This document shows positions 1 through 8,694 of a stretch of 64,000 nt of DNA, in pieces; position 1 is the first letter of the stretch, and each line of letters opens with the position of its first letter. Below the pieces are notes generated by a model. That model was not told the DNA's origin and did no database searches. It saw only the letters and a list, made by a program, of their open reading frames with translations. The stretch is from Candidatus Fimenecus sp. Its GTDB lineage: Bacteria > Bacillota > Clostridia > Oscillospirales > Acutalibacteraceae. The stretch is from assembly GCA_051881435.1 (NCBI GenBank), contig JBJEPW010000001.1, positions 3,869-67,868 on the forward strand. The letters are read 5' to 3'. The position numbers and the translations under genes are program-made.

Positions 1-4
1 AGAT

Positions 5-1435
5 ATGGAATTGATTTTTAAATCTGAAAAATCACTGGATAATATAAAAAAACTCCGTTCATTTCTTTTAAGCGATAAGTGGATGGCGTTCCTTTTTGCC
101 TTTGCGGGACTTTTTACAACCCTGAGCGCTTTGTTTCCCGGTAAACAGATTGAAATTAAGGGAACGCTGGTCTTTGTACTTATTATCGGAGCCTGCCTTA
201 TCATAAGCGATGATATTATGGCAGGTCTTGCGCCTTTTATGATGACTGCCCTTATTGCAATAAAATGTTATGATTCTTTTGATGTGTTTATGGGCTACAA
301 ATGGATATTTGTGCCCGTTGTGTTCTGCATACTGTTTCATTTTATTGTTTACCGAGGTAATTGGTCGTTGAATGGCGAGCTTTTAAAACCTATGGTTTTT
401 GTGTCGGTATCCATATTGCTGGGAGGAATAGGCTTTATCACATTGAAAGAGTATTTCTCTCTGACTTCAATTTATCATATGCTGGGCTTGGGCTTCGCTA
501 TGGTCTTTGTATATATTATGTTCCACGCCCATATCAAGGATAACACGGAGTATTCTCTTTCTGAACTGATAACAAAAATTATGGTGCTTACCGGCTGCTT
601 TGCCGCATTTACCGTTATTTCGTACTACATTATCAATATAAATACGGTTCTCGCAACAAAGAGCACCTTGGTCATGCAGTGGAGAAATAACTGTTCAACA
701 ATTCTGATGCTGGTAATACCGTTTGCTTTTCTTATGGCAAATAAGAAACCTTATGCAACGGTTTTAGGCTTTATATTCTATTTCTCAATTCTGCTTACGG
801 GCTCCCGCGGCGGAATGGTCTTCGGTTCTCTTGAGATTGTAATGTGTATAGTTATGTATATGCTGTACGATAAACGCCGCAGGCTGGCATATGTGATTAT
901 CTGCGGTTGCTTTTTGTTTGGATTTTTAGTTTTTTCCAATTATTTTCTGCCGTTTTTGGGAAGCACGGTCGACAGACTGTTTTCAGCTATCAGCGGATTT
1001 TTGATGGGCGAAAAAAACGAGGTCCGCACCATTCATTATGCCAGAGGAATTAACGATTTTCTTAATAACCCCATCTTCGGTACGGGGCTTGGGTATATGG
1101 GCAACCGGGATGTGCACGCGTCAAAGGAATTTGCCCTTTGCTGGTATCACTGCGAGCCTATACAGATTGCGGCAAGCTTCGGCATTGTGGGAATAGCGGC
1201 CTATATGTATCAGTTTATTCGCCGAAATGTGCTTTTGTGGCGCAGAACAACTCTTTTTAATATTACGGTATTTTTGTCATACATAAGTCTTGAATTTATG
1301 TCACTTGTAAATCCCGGGATTTTCTGCCCTCTGCCGTATCTTTTAATGGTAACATTGTTCTTTGTCGTTGTGGAGAAGAACGAACAGGCGGCTGAAAAAA
1401 AGAATAACAATAGTGCAAATCCGGACGATTTGTAA
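5..1435 (+). CDS. O-antigen ligase / Wzy_C-family polytopic membrane protein (WaaL/PglL/Wzy-like)
   Basis: 476-aa ORF with many hydrophobic spans. Loop motifs TGSRGGMVFG and GTGLGYMGN resemble Wzy_C-domain proteins. Family call from motif memory only. Confidence 0.6.
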   Translation: MELIFKSEKSLDNIKKLRSFLLSDKWMAFLFAFAGLFTTLSALFPGKQIEIKGTLVFVLIIGACLIISDDIMAGLAPFMMTALIAIKCYDSFDVFMGYKWIFVPVVFCILFHFIVYRGNWSLNGELLKPMVFVSVSILLGGIGFITLKEYFSLTSIYHMLGLGFAMVFVYIMFHAHIKDNTEYSLSELITKIMVLTGCFAAFTVISYYIININTVLATKSTLVMQWRNNCSTILMLVIPFAFLMANKKPYATVLGFIFYFSILLTGSRGGMVFGSLEIVMCIVMYMLYDKRRRLAYVIICGCFLFGFLVFSNYFLPFLGSTVDRLFSAISGFLMGEKNEVRTIHYARGINDFLNNPIFGTGLGYMGNRDVHASKEFALCWYHCEPIQIAASFGIVGIAAYMYQFIRRNVLLWRRTTLFNITVFLSYISLEFMSLVNPGIFCPLPYLLMVTLFFVVVEKNEQAAEKKNNNSANPDDL

Positions 1436-1443
1436 AAAAAATC

Positions 1444-1472
1444 TTGACTTTGGCTTGATTTATTGGTATAAT
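1444..1472 (+). promoter_or_regulatory. sigma-A type promoter of the rpsF-ssb-rpsR operon
   Basis: TTGACT (1444-1449), 17-nt spacer, TATAAT (1467-1472), preceded by TGg (extended -10). Lies ~90 nt upstream of rpsF. Confidence 0.6.
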
Positions 1473-1560
1473 CTACATTCGCTATGGATAAATTTTTAAA
1501 TCCATAATCCTTTCTCCCGGGGAAAGTCCGGGGGACAGAGTCCACAAGGAGGTGTAAAGA
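1473..1560 (+). promoter_or_regulatory. structured rpsF 5' leader (possible S6:S18 autoregulatory leader)
   Basis: Hairpins ATGGAT-N10-ATCCAT and CCCGG-N7-CCGGG sit between promoter and RBS AAGGAGG. The functional assignment is inference only. Confidence 0.3.
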
Positions 1561-1839
1561 ATGTCAAAATACGAGACTGTTATGGTTTTCTCACTTGCAA
1601 AGGGTGAGGAGGCTGCAAAAGAGCTTACAGAAAAATTCAAGGCTCTTATCGAGTCAAACGGCACTCTTGAAAGCGTTGATGAGTGGGGTAAGAGAAAGCT
1701 TGCTTACCTTATCAATGACGAGGCTGAGGGTTATTATGTTCTCTATAACTATGAGGCAGACCCCAAGTTCCCCGCAGAGCTTGACCGTATTGCGAAGATT
1801 ACAGACGGTGTTCTCCGCACATTGATTGTGAAGAACTAA
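1561..1839 (+). CDS. rpsF: 30S ribosomal protein S6
   Basis: 92 aa, MSKYETVMVF...WGKRKLAY. Canonical rpsF-ssb-rpsR synteny. Confidence 0.95.
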   Translation: MSKYETVMVFSLAKGEEAAKELTEKFKALIESNGTLESVDEWGKRKLAYLINDEAEGYYVLYNYEADPKFPAELDRIAKITDGVLRTLIVKN

Positions 1840-1854
1840 TCGGGAGGAAAGTTT

Positions 1855-2325
1855 ATGTTAAACAGTGTAATTATTATGGGCAGACTTACTGCCGACCCCG
1901 AGCTTCGCACAACACCCAACGGTGTGTCCGTAACTTCTTTTACGGTTGCGGTTGACCGCCGTTTTCAAAGACAGGGCGAAGAGAAGCAGACTGACTTTAT
2001 AAGCGTTGTCGCTTGGCGTCAAACCGCTGATTTTGTTACAAGATTTTTCAAAAAAGGTCAGATGATAGCCGTTCAGGGCTCTCTTCAAGTCCGCAATTAT
2101 GAGGACAAAAACGGAAATAAGCGTACTGCATATGATGTTGTTGCCGATAATGTTTCCTTCTGCGGAAGCAAAAATGAAAGCGGCAGCTTCGGCGCGGCAA
2201 GGCAGGAAACAGCTCCCGCTGTATCTTACCAGAGCGCAGACGCAGGCAGTTTTTCGGTTTTACCCGATGACAATTCTCAGGGATTCCCCTTCGCCGCAGA
2301 TGACGATGAGGGGCTTCCGTTCTGA
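1855..2325 (+). CDS. ssb: single-stranded DNA-binding protein
   Basis: OB-fold N-terminus MLNSVIIMGRLTADPELR, flexible tail, acidic C-terminal tip DDDEGLPF. Confidence 0.95.
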   Translation: MLNSVIIMGRLTADPELRTTPNGVSVTSFTVAVDRRFQRQGEEKQTDFISVVAWRQTADFVTRFFKKGQMIAVQGSLQVRNYEDKNGNKRTAYDVVADNVSFCGSKNESGSFGAARQETAPAVSYQSADAGSFSVLPDDNSQGFPFAADDDEGLPF

Positions 2326-2353
2326 TTTATTCTGAAACAGGAGGAATACTATA

Positions 2354-2596
2354 ATGGCATACGATAAGAGTGCAAGACCTAACAGAAAAGGCCGCAAAAA
2401 AGTTTGCGCTTTCTGTGTAGAAAAGGTTGAGAAGATTGATTATAAAGATACTGCAAAGCTTCGCCGTTACACATCGGAAAGAGCAAAGATTCTTCCCCGC
2501 CGTGTAACAGGCACCTGTGCATATCATCAGAGAGAGCTTACAACAGCTATTAAAAGAGCAAGACAGATAGCTCTTATGCCTTACACAAACGACTGA
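2354..2596 (+). CDS. rpsR: 30S ribosomal protein S18
   Basis: 80 aa, KKVCAFC...IDYKD...LRRY, typical S18. Confidence 0.95.
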   Translation: MAYDKSARPNRKGRKKVCAFCVEKVEKIDYKDTAKLRRYTSERAKILPRRVTGTCAYHQRELTTAIKRARQIALMPYTND

Positions 2597-2610
2597 TAAC
2601 AATTCACACA

Positions 2611-2650
2611 ACCGCTACTCGGAGTATTCCGAGCAGCGGTTTTATTTTTT
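2611..2650 (+). terminator. intrinsic terminator after rpsR
   Basis: ACCGCTACTCGG / CCGAGCAGCGGT stem (one mismatch) followed by TTTTATTTTTT. Confidence 0.8.
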
Positions 2651-2694
2651 GTTTATTTTGTTTATTTTCAGTGATTTTTTCACCTTTTTTTCTA

Positions 2695-2723
2695 TTGCAT
2701 TAAAGAGCCGCTTGTGGTATGAT
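2695..2723 (+). promoter_or_regulatory. candidate promoter of polysaccharide locus 1
   Basis: TTGCAT (2695-2700), 17 nt, TATGAT (2718-2723) with upstream TGg. ~60 nt upstream of the priming transferase. Confidence 0.55.
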
Positions 2724-2784
2724 TATATATGTATATTTATGACCTGTTTTGTAGGTTGTTTACAGTGCTTTTCGGGAGAAGATA

Positions 2785-3429
2785 ATGATGTTATATGGTA
2801 GGTACATAAAAAGAATACTTGATTTTTCACTTGCTTTAATTGCACTGATTGTTCTTGCAATTCCTATGGCAATAGTGGCGGTAATAATAAAGTTTGATTC
2901 TCCCGGTCCCGTGATTTTCAAGCAAAAGCGTATCGGCAAGGGCGGTAAGGTGTTTGAAATCTATAAATTCCGTTCCATGTGCGTCGGTGCGGAAGGTCAG
3001 GGAAGCGGCGTATATTCCGGAAAAGGCGATGCCCGAGTTACGAGAATAGGCAGAATAATTAGAGCAACAAGCATTGACGAACTGCCCCAGCTTGTAAATA
3101 TTTTAAAAGGCGATATGAGTTTTATAGGTCCACGCCCGCCGCTTACATATCATCCGTGGGACTATTCCGAATATACAGAAGAACAGCTCAGAATGTTTGA
3201 GGTTCGCCCCGGAATAACGGGCTGGGCACAGGTAAACGGCAGAAAAGACGTTGAGTGGAATCACCGCATTGAGCTTAATGTATGGTATGTTGATAATGTG
3301 TCGCTTTTCCTCGATATAAAGATATTCTTTTTAACCATATTCAAGGTGTTTACGAATGCCGATAACGAAAACACGGGCGCGACAGTGCAAAAGGTACAGG
3401 CGGAAGAACAAGAAACGGAAAGAGTGTAA
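2785..3429 (+). CDS. small monotopic phosphoglycosyltransferase (bacterial sugar transferase, PglC/WbaP-C-terminal type), priming enzyme
   Basis: 214 aa, one N-terminal hydrophobic helix, DELPQLVNILKGDMSFIGPRP and RPGITGWAQV motifs. Confidence 0.9.
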   Translation: MMLYGRYIKRILDFSLALIALIVLAIPMAIVAVIIKFDSPGPVIFKQKRIGKGGKVFEIYKFRSMCVGAEGQGSGVYSGKGDARVTRIGRIIRATSIDELPQLVNILKGDMSFIGPRPPLTYHPWDYSEYTEEQLRMFEVRPGITGWAQVNGRKDVEWNHRIELNVWYVDNVSLFLDIKIFFLTIFKVFTNADNENTGATVQKVQAEEQETERV

Positions 3430-3434
3430 TTTTT

Positions 3435-4274
3435 ATGGCATTAAAGCTGATGTATTTGACTAATGACCCTCAAATTGCTCAGGTTGCCGAGAAAAACGGC
3501 GTTGACCGTATTTTCCTTGATTTGGAGCTTCGGGGCAAGGTGGAGCGTCAAGGACATCTTGACACAGTCATTTCACACAACAGCATAGATGATGTAAAAA
3601 GGTTGAGAGAAGTAATTCGCTCGGCGGAACTTTTGGTGCGCGTGAACCCGGTTTTTGACGGGTCACAGGAGGAAGTTGACCGCGTCATCGAAGACGGCGC
3701 CGATGTTGTAATGCTTCCCTATTTCAAAACCGTGGCGGAAGTAAATAAGTTTGTAGAGCTTGTAGGCGGCAGGGCAAAGGTTTGCCTGCTTTGTGAAACT
3801 CCCGAAGCCGCGGAGAATATTGATGAGATTTTATCTGTGCCCGGGATAGACGAGGTTCATGTGGGTATTAACGACCTGCACCTTGGCTATCATAGGCACT
3901 TTATGTTTGAAATGGTGGCAGACGGCACTGTGGACAGGCTTTGCGACGCCTTTCGCCGCCACGGTGTTTCCTATGGCTTCGGCGGTGTTGCCCGTGTGGG
4001 TGAGGGAATGTTGCCTGCCGAAAATGTATTGGGTGAGCATTACCGTTTGGGTTCGCAAATGGTGATTTTGTCTCGCGCGTTTTGCGATACTTCCAAAATC
4101 ACCGATTTTGAAGAAATCAGCGCGGTATTCCAAAGCGGTGTTGAAGCAATCCGCCGTTGTGAGGAAACGCTTTCTTTGCAGGACGATACATATTTTTCGG
4201 AAAATCATCGCATCGTTCAGCAAAAGGTACAGGCGATTGTAGATAAAATCAAGGCTTCAAAAGGATTGAACTGA
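3435..4274 (+). CDS. HpcH/HpaI aldolase / citrate-lyase-beta-like TIM-barrel protein
   Basis: 279 aa. VVMLPYF, CETPEAAENIDEILSVPGIDEVHVGINDL resemble the HpcH_HpaI family. Substrate unknown. Confidence 0.55.
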   Translation: MALKLMYLTNDPQIAQVAEKNGVDRIFLDLELRGKVERQGHLDTVISHNSIDDVKRLREVIRSAELLVRVNPVFDGSQEEVDRVIEDGADVVMLPYFKTVAEVNKFVELVGGRAKVCLLCETPEAAENIDEILSVPGIDEVHVGINDLHLGYHRHFMFEMVADGTVDRLCDAFRRHGVSYGFGGVARVGEGMLPAENVLGEHYRLGSQMVILSRAFCDTSKITDFEEISAVFQSGVEAIRRCEETLSLQDDTYFSENHRIVQQKVQAIVDKIKASKGLN

Positions 4275-4275
4275 T

Positions 4276-5196
4276 ATGAAATTGCTTTTAACGGGTGCAT
4301 TTTCTTATACAAGTGAACAGTTAAAACAGTTTGAAGCTTTGGGTGCAAATGTTACCTTTGTGCAGGATGAGCGTGAAGAGCTTAGAATTGATGTGTCGGA
4401 TTTTGAAGCTGTTGTGTGTAACGGTTTGTTTTTGAGAAATGACATAAACCGTTTTAAAAAATTGCGGTTTGTGCAGTTGACAAGCGCGGGGCTGGACCGT
4501 GTCCCCCTTGACTATATACGGGAAAAGGGCATACACCTTTACAACGCGCGGGGCGTTTACAGCGTTCCCATGGCGGAATGGGCGCTTTGCGGTGTGCTGT
4601 CGCTTTATAAACACCTAAACGCCTTTTCCGAAAAGCAGAAAAATCACCTTTGGGAAAAGGATAGAGAGGTCCGGGAACTGCAAGGCGACACGGTTTTGAT
4701 TGTCGGTTGCGGCTCGGTGGGCACGGCATGTGCCGAACGCTTCAAAGCATTTGGTATGCGTGTCATGGCGGCGGATATTCAAAAACCGCAAAGCGATGTG
4801 TATGACGCGTATTTCCCGATGCAGAAAATTGACAATGCGCTTGAAACGGCAGATGTCATTGTGCTGACCTTACCCCTGACCGAAGACACCCGTGGATTTT
4901 TCCACGCGGAACGCTTTTCTCACTGCAAAAACGGCGCAATTCTTGTAAACATTGCCCGCGGCGCAGTTGTAAAGGAAAAAGACTTGACGGATGCGCTTGT
5001 AAGCGGTAATCTCGGCGGCGCGGTGCTGGATGTATTCGAGGACGAGCCGTTGACAAAGGAAAGTCCCTTGTGGGAACTGGAAAATGTAATTATTACGCCT
5101 CACAATTCCTTTGTTTCGCCGAAAAACAACGAGCGGTTGTTCAGCGTAATGCTTCAAAACATAGAAACCTTTTTGAAAGAGAGACCGGAAAAATGA
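4276..5196 (+). CDS. D-isomer-specific 2-hydroxyacid dehydrogenase (NAD-binding)
   Basis: GCGSVG Rossmann motif, NIARG, LDVFEDEP and TPH catalytic-region motifs. Confidence 0.8.
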   Translation: MKLLLTGAFSYTSEQLKQFEALGANVTFVQDEREELRIDVSDFEAVVCNGLFLRNDINRFKKLRFVQLTSAGLDRVPLDYIREKGIHLYNARGVYSVPMAEWALCGVLSLYKHLNAFSEKQKNHLWEKDREVRELQGDTVLIVGCGSVGTACAERFKAFGMRVMAADIQKPQSDVYDAYFPMQKIDNALETADVIVLTLPLTEDTRGFFHAERFSHCKNGAILVNIARGAVVKEKDLTDALVSGNLGGAVLDVFEDEPLTKESPLWELENVIITPHNSFVSPKNNERLFSVMLQNIETFLKERPEK

Positions 5197-6320
5197 AATT
5201 TATTTTAATCTCTCCGAAAAACCGAACCGCCTATAATTTTCGAGGCGATTTGATACGAAAAATCATCGAAAGCGGCTATGAGGTTATTGTAACGGGTCCG
5301 AACCGTGACAATGTGGAAAAAATCGAGGCGCTTGGCGCACGGTTTGTGGAAATCCCCATGAACAAAAACGGCGTCAATCCTCTGAAAGATTTGGAATACC
5401 AAAATGCGCTTTGCGACCTGTTCAAAAAAGAAAAACCCGATGTGACGCTGGGGTACACCTCAAAACCCGTCATATACGGCTCCATTGCCGCAAAAAAAGC
5501 GGGTGTCGGGCACATCGTCGCCATGGTGACGGGCGCAGGCTATGCGTTTACCGCCCAAACGAAAAAGGCAAAACTCATTAAAGCCGTGATGTCGGTGCTT
5601 TACAAACGGGCATTCCGTTGTGCCGATGTGGCAATTTTCCAGAATAACGACGATAAAGCGCAGTTCGTGAACGAGCATTTGGTAAGCGAAGAAAAATGCC
5701 GTGTGGTCAATGGCTCAGGCGTGAATACCGAAAGATTTCCCATTGCGCCGTACCCCGAACAGATGACTTTCTTTATGCTGTCAAGGGTGATGTACTCAAA
5801 GGGTATCCGCGAATACTTAAAAGCCTGTGAAATCGTGAAAGAAAAACATCCCGAGGTACGCTGTATGCTCCTCGGTGCTTGTGAGGGAATACAGGATTCC
5901 CTGTCCGAAGCGGATTTAAAAGGCTATATCGACCGCGGCATTATTGAGCATTTCGGTGAAACCGACACGGTTGCCGATTATTATAAGCAATGTTCGGTGT
6001 ATGTGTTGCCCTCGTACCGAGAGGGAACGCCGAGAACGGTGCTGGAAGCCATGTCTATGGGGCGGGCTGTCATTACCACCGACGCACCGGGGTGCCGTGA
6101 AACGGTGCAAAACGGCGAAACAGGCTTTTTGGTGCCGGTGAAAGACGCCGATGCCCTTGCGGAAAAAATGCTTGCATTCATTGAAAATCCGCAATGGGTT
6201 TCCGAAATGGGCGCAAAAAGCGCCGCATATTGCAGACAAAAATTTGATGTAAATAAAGTCAATAAAGATATGTGCAACTATCTGAATATAAAGGGAGAGA
6301 AAGAAAATGTCCTTGTATGA
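5193..6320 (+). CDS. glycosyltransferase family 4 (GT-B)
   Basis: Start trimmed to MKFILISPK (ATGA overlap with the upstream stop). C-terminal SYREGTPRTVLEAMSMGRAVITTD...ETV matches the GT4 EX7E region. Confidence 0.8.
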   Translation: MKFILISPKNRTAYNFRGDLIRKIIESGYEVIVTGPNRDNVEKIEALGARFVEIPMNKNGVNPLKDLEYQNALCDLFKKEKPDVTLGYTSKPVIYGSIAAKKAGVGHIVAMVTGAGYAFTAQTKKAKLIKAVMSVLYKRAFRCADVAIFQNNDDKAQFVNEHLVSEEKCRVVNGSGVNTERFPIAPYPEQMTFFMLSRVMYSKGIREYLKACEIVKEKHPEVRCMLLGACEGIQDSLSEADLKGYIDRGIIEHFGETDTVADYYKQCSVYVLPSYREGTPRTVLEAMSMGRAVITTDAPGCRETVQNGETGFLVPVKDADALAEKMLAFIENPQWVSEMGAKSAAYCRQKFDVNKVNKDMCNYLNIKGEKENVLV

Positions 6321-7626
6321 AAAAATCGTAAACGGTGAAGAAAAAATTTCCTTGGTGGGCCTTGGCTATGTGGGTATGCCCATTGCCGTTGCCTTTTCCA
6401 AAAAAGTTAAGGTTGTCGGCTTTGATTTGAACGCAAAGAAAATCGAGCTTTACAAAAACGGCATTGACTCCACAAACGAGGTGGGCAATGAAGCAATCAA
6501 AGCCTGCACGGTGGATTTCACCGCCGATGAAAGCAAACTCAAAGAGGCGAAATTCCACATTGTCGCCGTGCCCACACCTGTAAACGACGACCACACCCCC
6601 GATTTGTCACCTGTTGAAGGCGCTTCCGAAATCGTGGGCAGAAATCTTACAAAAGGCTCAATCGTTGTGTATGAAAGCACCGTTTATCCCGGTGTTACGG
6701 AAGATGTTTGCGTGCCGATTCTCGAAAGAGAGTCAGGACTCAAATGCGGCGTAGATTTCAAGGTTGGCTATTCTCCCGAGCGCATTAACCCCGGCGACAA
6801 GGTACATAGACTCGAAACCATCACCAAAATCGTCAGCGGTATGGACGCCGAAACCTTGGACGAGGTTGCCAAAGTTTATGAATTGGTGGTGGAAGCGGGC
6901 GTGCACCGTGCCGAAAGCATTAAGGTTGCCGAGGCGGCAAAGGTCATTGAAAACAGCCAGCGCGACATCAACATTGCCTTTATGAATGAGCTTTCCATCA
7001 TTTTCAACAAGATGGGCATTGATACACAGTCCGTTTTGAAAGCGGCGGGTACAAAATGGAATTTCTTAAAATTCTATCCCGGTCTTGTGGGTGGACACTG
7101 CATCGGCGTTGACCCCTACTACCTTACCTACAAAGCGGAGGAAATGGGCTATCACAGCCAGATTATCCTGTCGGGCAGACGCATTAACGACGATATGGGT
7201 AAATATGTTGCCGAAAGCACCGTGAAAAACTTAATCAAAGCCGATGTTTCCATTAAGAATGCAAAGGTTGCCATTCTCGGCTTTACATTCAAAGAGAATT
7301 GCCCCGATACAAGAAATACAAAAATTGTTGATATTTATAACGAGCTGAAAGAATACGGCATCACCGCCCAGATTGCCGACCCCGCCGCCGATGCGGACGA
7401 GGCAAAGCGGCTTTACGCCATTGAATTTGTGGATATGGCAAGCATCAAAGACTGTGACGCTGTGATTTTGGCAGTTGCCCACGAGCAGTTCAAAGACCTT
7501 TCCGCTGCCGATTTTGACAAGATGTTCAAAGCAGGTGACAACAGTAAAAAGGTACTTGTGGATATTAAAGGACTTCTTGACCGTAAAGCATACGAAGGGG
7601 CAGGCTATAATTATTGGAGATTATAA
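6307..7626 (+). CDS. nucleotide-sugar 6-dehydrogenase, TviB/WbpO/CapO-like (UDP-HexNAc dehydrogenase)
   Basis: GLGYVGMP N-terminal Rossmann motif, GGHCIGVDPYYL catalytic Cys region, 439 aa. Sub-specificity not resolved. Confidence 0.85.
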   Translation: MSLYEKIVNGEEKISLVGLGYVGMPIAVAFSKKVKVVGFDLNAKKIELYKNGIDSTNEVGNEAIKACTVDFTADESKLKEAKFHIVAVPTPVNDDHTPDLSPVEGASEIVGRNLTKGSIVVYESTVYPGVTEDVCVPILERESGLKCGVDFKVGYSPERINPGDKVHRLETITKIVSGMDAETLDEVAKVYELVVEAGVHRAESIKVAEAAKVIENSQRDINIAFMNELSIIFNKMGIDTQSVLKAAGTKWNFLKFYPGLVGGHCIGVDPYYLTYKAEEMGYHSQIILSGRRINDDMGKYVAESTVKNLIKADVSIKNAKVAILGFTFKENCPDTRNTKIVDIYNELKEYGITAQIADPAADADEAKRLYAIEFVDMASIKDCDAVILAVAHEQFKDLSAADFDKMFKAGDNSKKVLVDIKGLLDRKAYEGAGYNYWRL

Positions 7627-7695
7627 TGCCTGTTAAATGTGAATACAGAAAGGCGTAATAACGGAGTTATACTGTTTTAACGGAGGAAAGGTATA

Positions 7696-8694
7696 ATGAC
7701 TGATAATAAAAACGGCATTCTTATTGTTTCTCTGGATTTTGAATTGCTCTGGGGTGTTCAGGACCATGAAACAAGAGAAAGCTTTAATGAGCAGATTCAA
7801 GGCGCACGGAAATCCATTTATGAGGTATTGTCGATTTTCGATAAATACAATATTCATGCAACATGGGGAACCGTGGGAATGCTTATGGCTGAAAATAAAG
7901 ATGAAATATACAGCTTTTCTCCGCAGTTAAAGCCCGATTATGAAAATAAATCTTTATCTGCGTATAGCCATATTGACGGTATAGGAAATAATGAAAAAGA
8001 AGATGAATACCATTACGCATATTCATTGATTAGTGAAATTATCAGGCATAAAAATCAAGAAATCGGTTCTCACACTTTTTCACATTATTATTGCAAGGAA
8101 AAAGGTCAGACATTGGAAACTTTTGAAGCTGATTTGAATGCGGCAAAGGCAATAGCTGAAAAGAAATTTAATATTGATGTTAAAAGTTTGATTATTCCGC
8201 GAAATCAGTTTCAAAGCGCATATGCCGAAAAGGCATACGAGGCAGGCTTTTTATCAGTCAGAGGGAATCCAAAGGGCTTCGCATATAACAGCCAAAGCCT
8301 GTGTGCAAGAGCTGTCAGGCTGATTGATACATATTTTAATTTTTTCGGTAAAAAAAGTTATAGACTGCAAGAATGCGCTGCTGACGGAATCATAAATTTA
8401 AAAGCCAGTGTTTTTTTCAGAAAGTATAACACTAAGCTTGAATTTTTGGAGCCATATAAGGTTGCGTGTATCAAAAGGCAAATGAAAAAGGCGGCTCGAA
8501 AGGGCGAGGTATTCCATTTATGGTGGCATCCCCACAATATCGGACGGAATCTTGATAAATGTATTGAGCAGCTGAATGAAATATTTGCTTATTATGAAAA
8601 ATTGAATTGTCAATACGGATTTCAGAGTAAAAATATGAGAGAAGTTGCAGAGGAAGTAATCAATGAAAATTGTAATGCTATGCAGTGTCGGTGA
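7696..8694 (+). CDS. divergent polysaccharide deacetylase (CE4-like) family protein
   Basis: SLDFELLWG and GSHTFSHYY (metal-binding H-x-x-x-H type) motifs, late HLWWHPHN. Visibly more AT-rich than flanking genes. Confidence 0.55.
   Translation: MTDNKNGILIVSLDFELLWGVQDHETRESFNEQIQGARKSIYEVLSIFDKYNIHATWGTVGMLMAENKDEIYSFSPQLKPDYENKSLSAYSHIDGIGNNEKEDEYHYAYSLISEIIRHKNQEIGSHTFSHYYCKEKGQTLETFEADLNAAKAIAEKKFNIDVKSLIIPRNQFQSAYAEKAYEAGFLSVRGNPKGFAYNSQSLCARAVRLIDTYFNFFGKKSYRLQECAADGIINLKASVFFRKYNTKLEFLEPYKVACIKRQMKKAARKGEVFHLWWHPHNIGRNLDKCIEQLNEIFAYYEKLNCQYGFQSKNMREVAEEVINENCNAMQCR

Noticed and set aside
2641-2700. T-rich direct repeats (GTTTATTTTGTTTATTTT) upstream of locus 1 as an invertible or phase-variable promoter
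   Set aside because: No flanking inverted repeats or nearby recombinase. The sequence is simple AT-rich spacer following the rpsR terminator.
5070-5192. N-terminal extensions of several track ORFs (5070, 9390, 23213, 29066, 30374, 31150, 41079, 44750, 45081, 48516, 48619, 56492, 60787)
   Set aside because: The extensions overlap the upstream gene or a leader/terminator and lack an RBS. An internal ATG/GTG/TTG with a proper Shine-Dalgarno and homologue-like N-terminus exists, so starts were trimmed.
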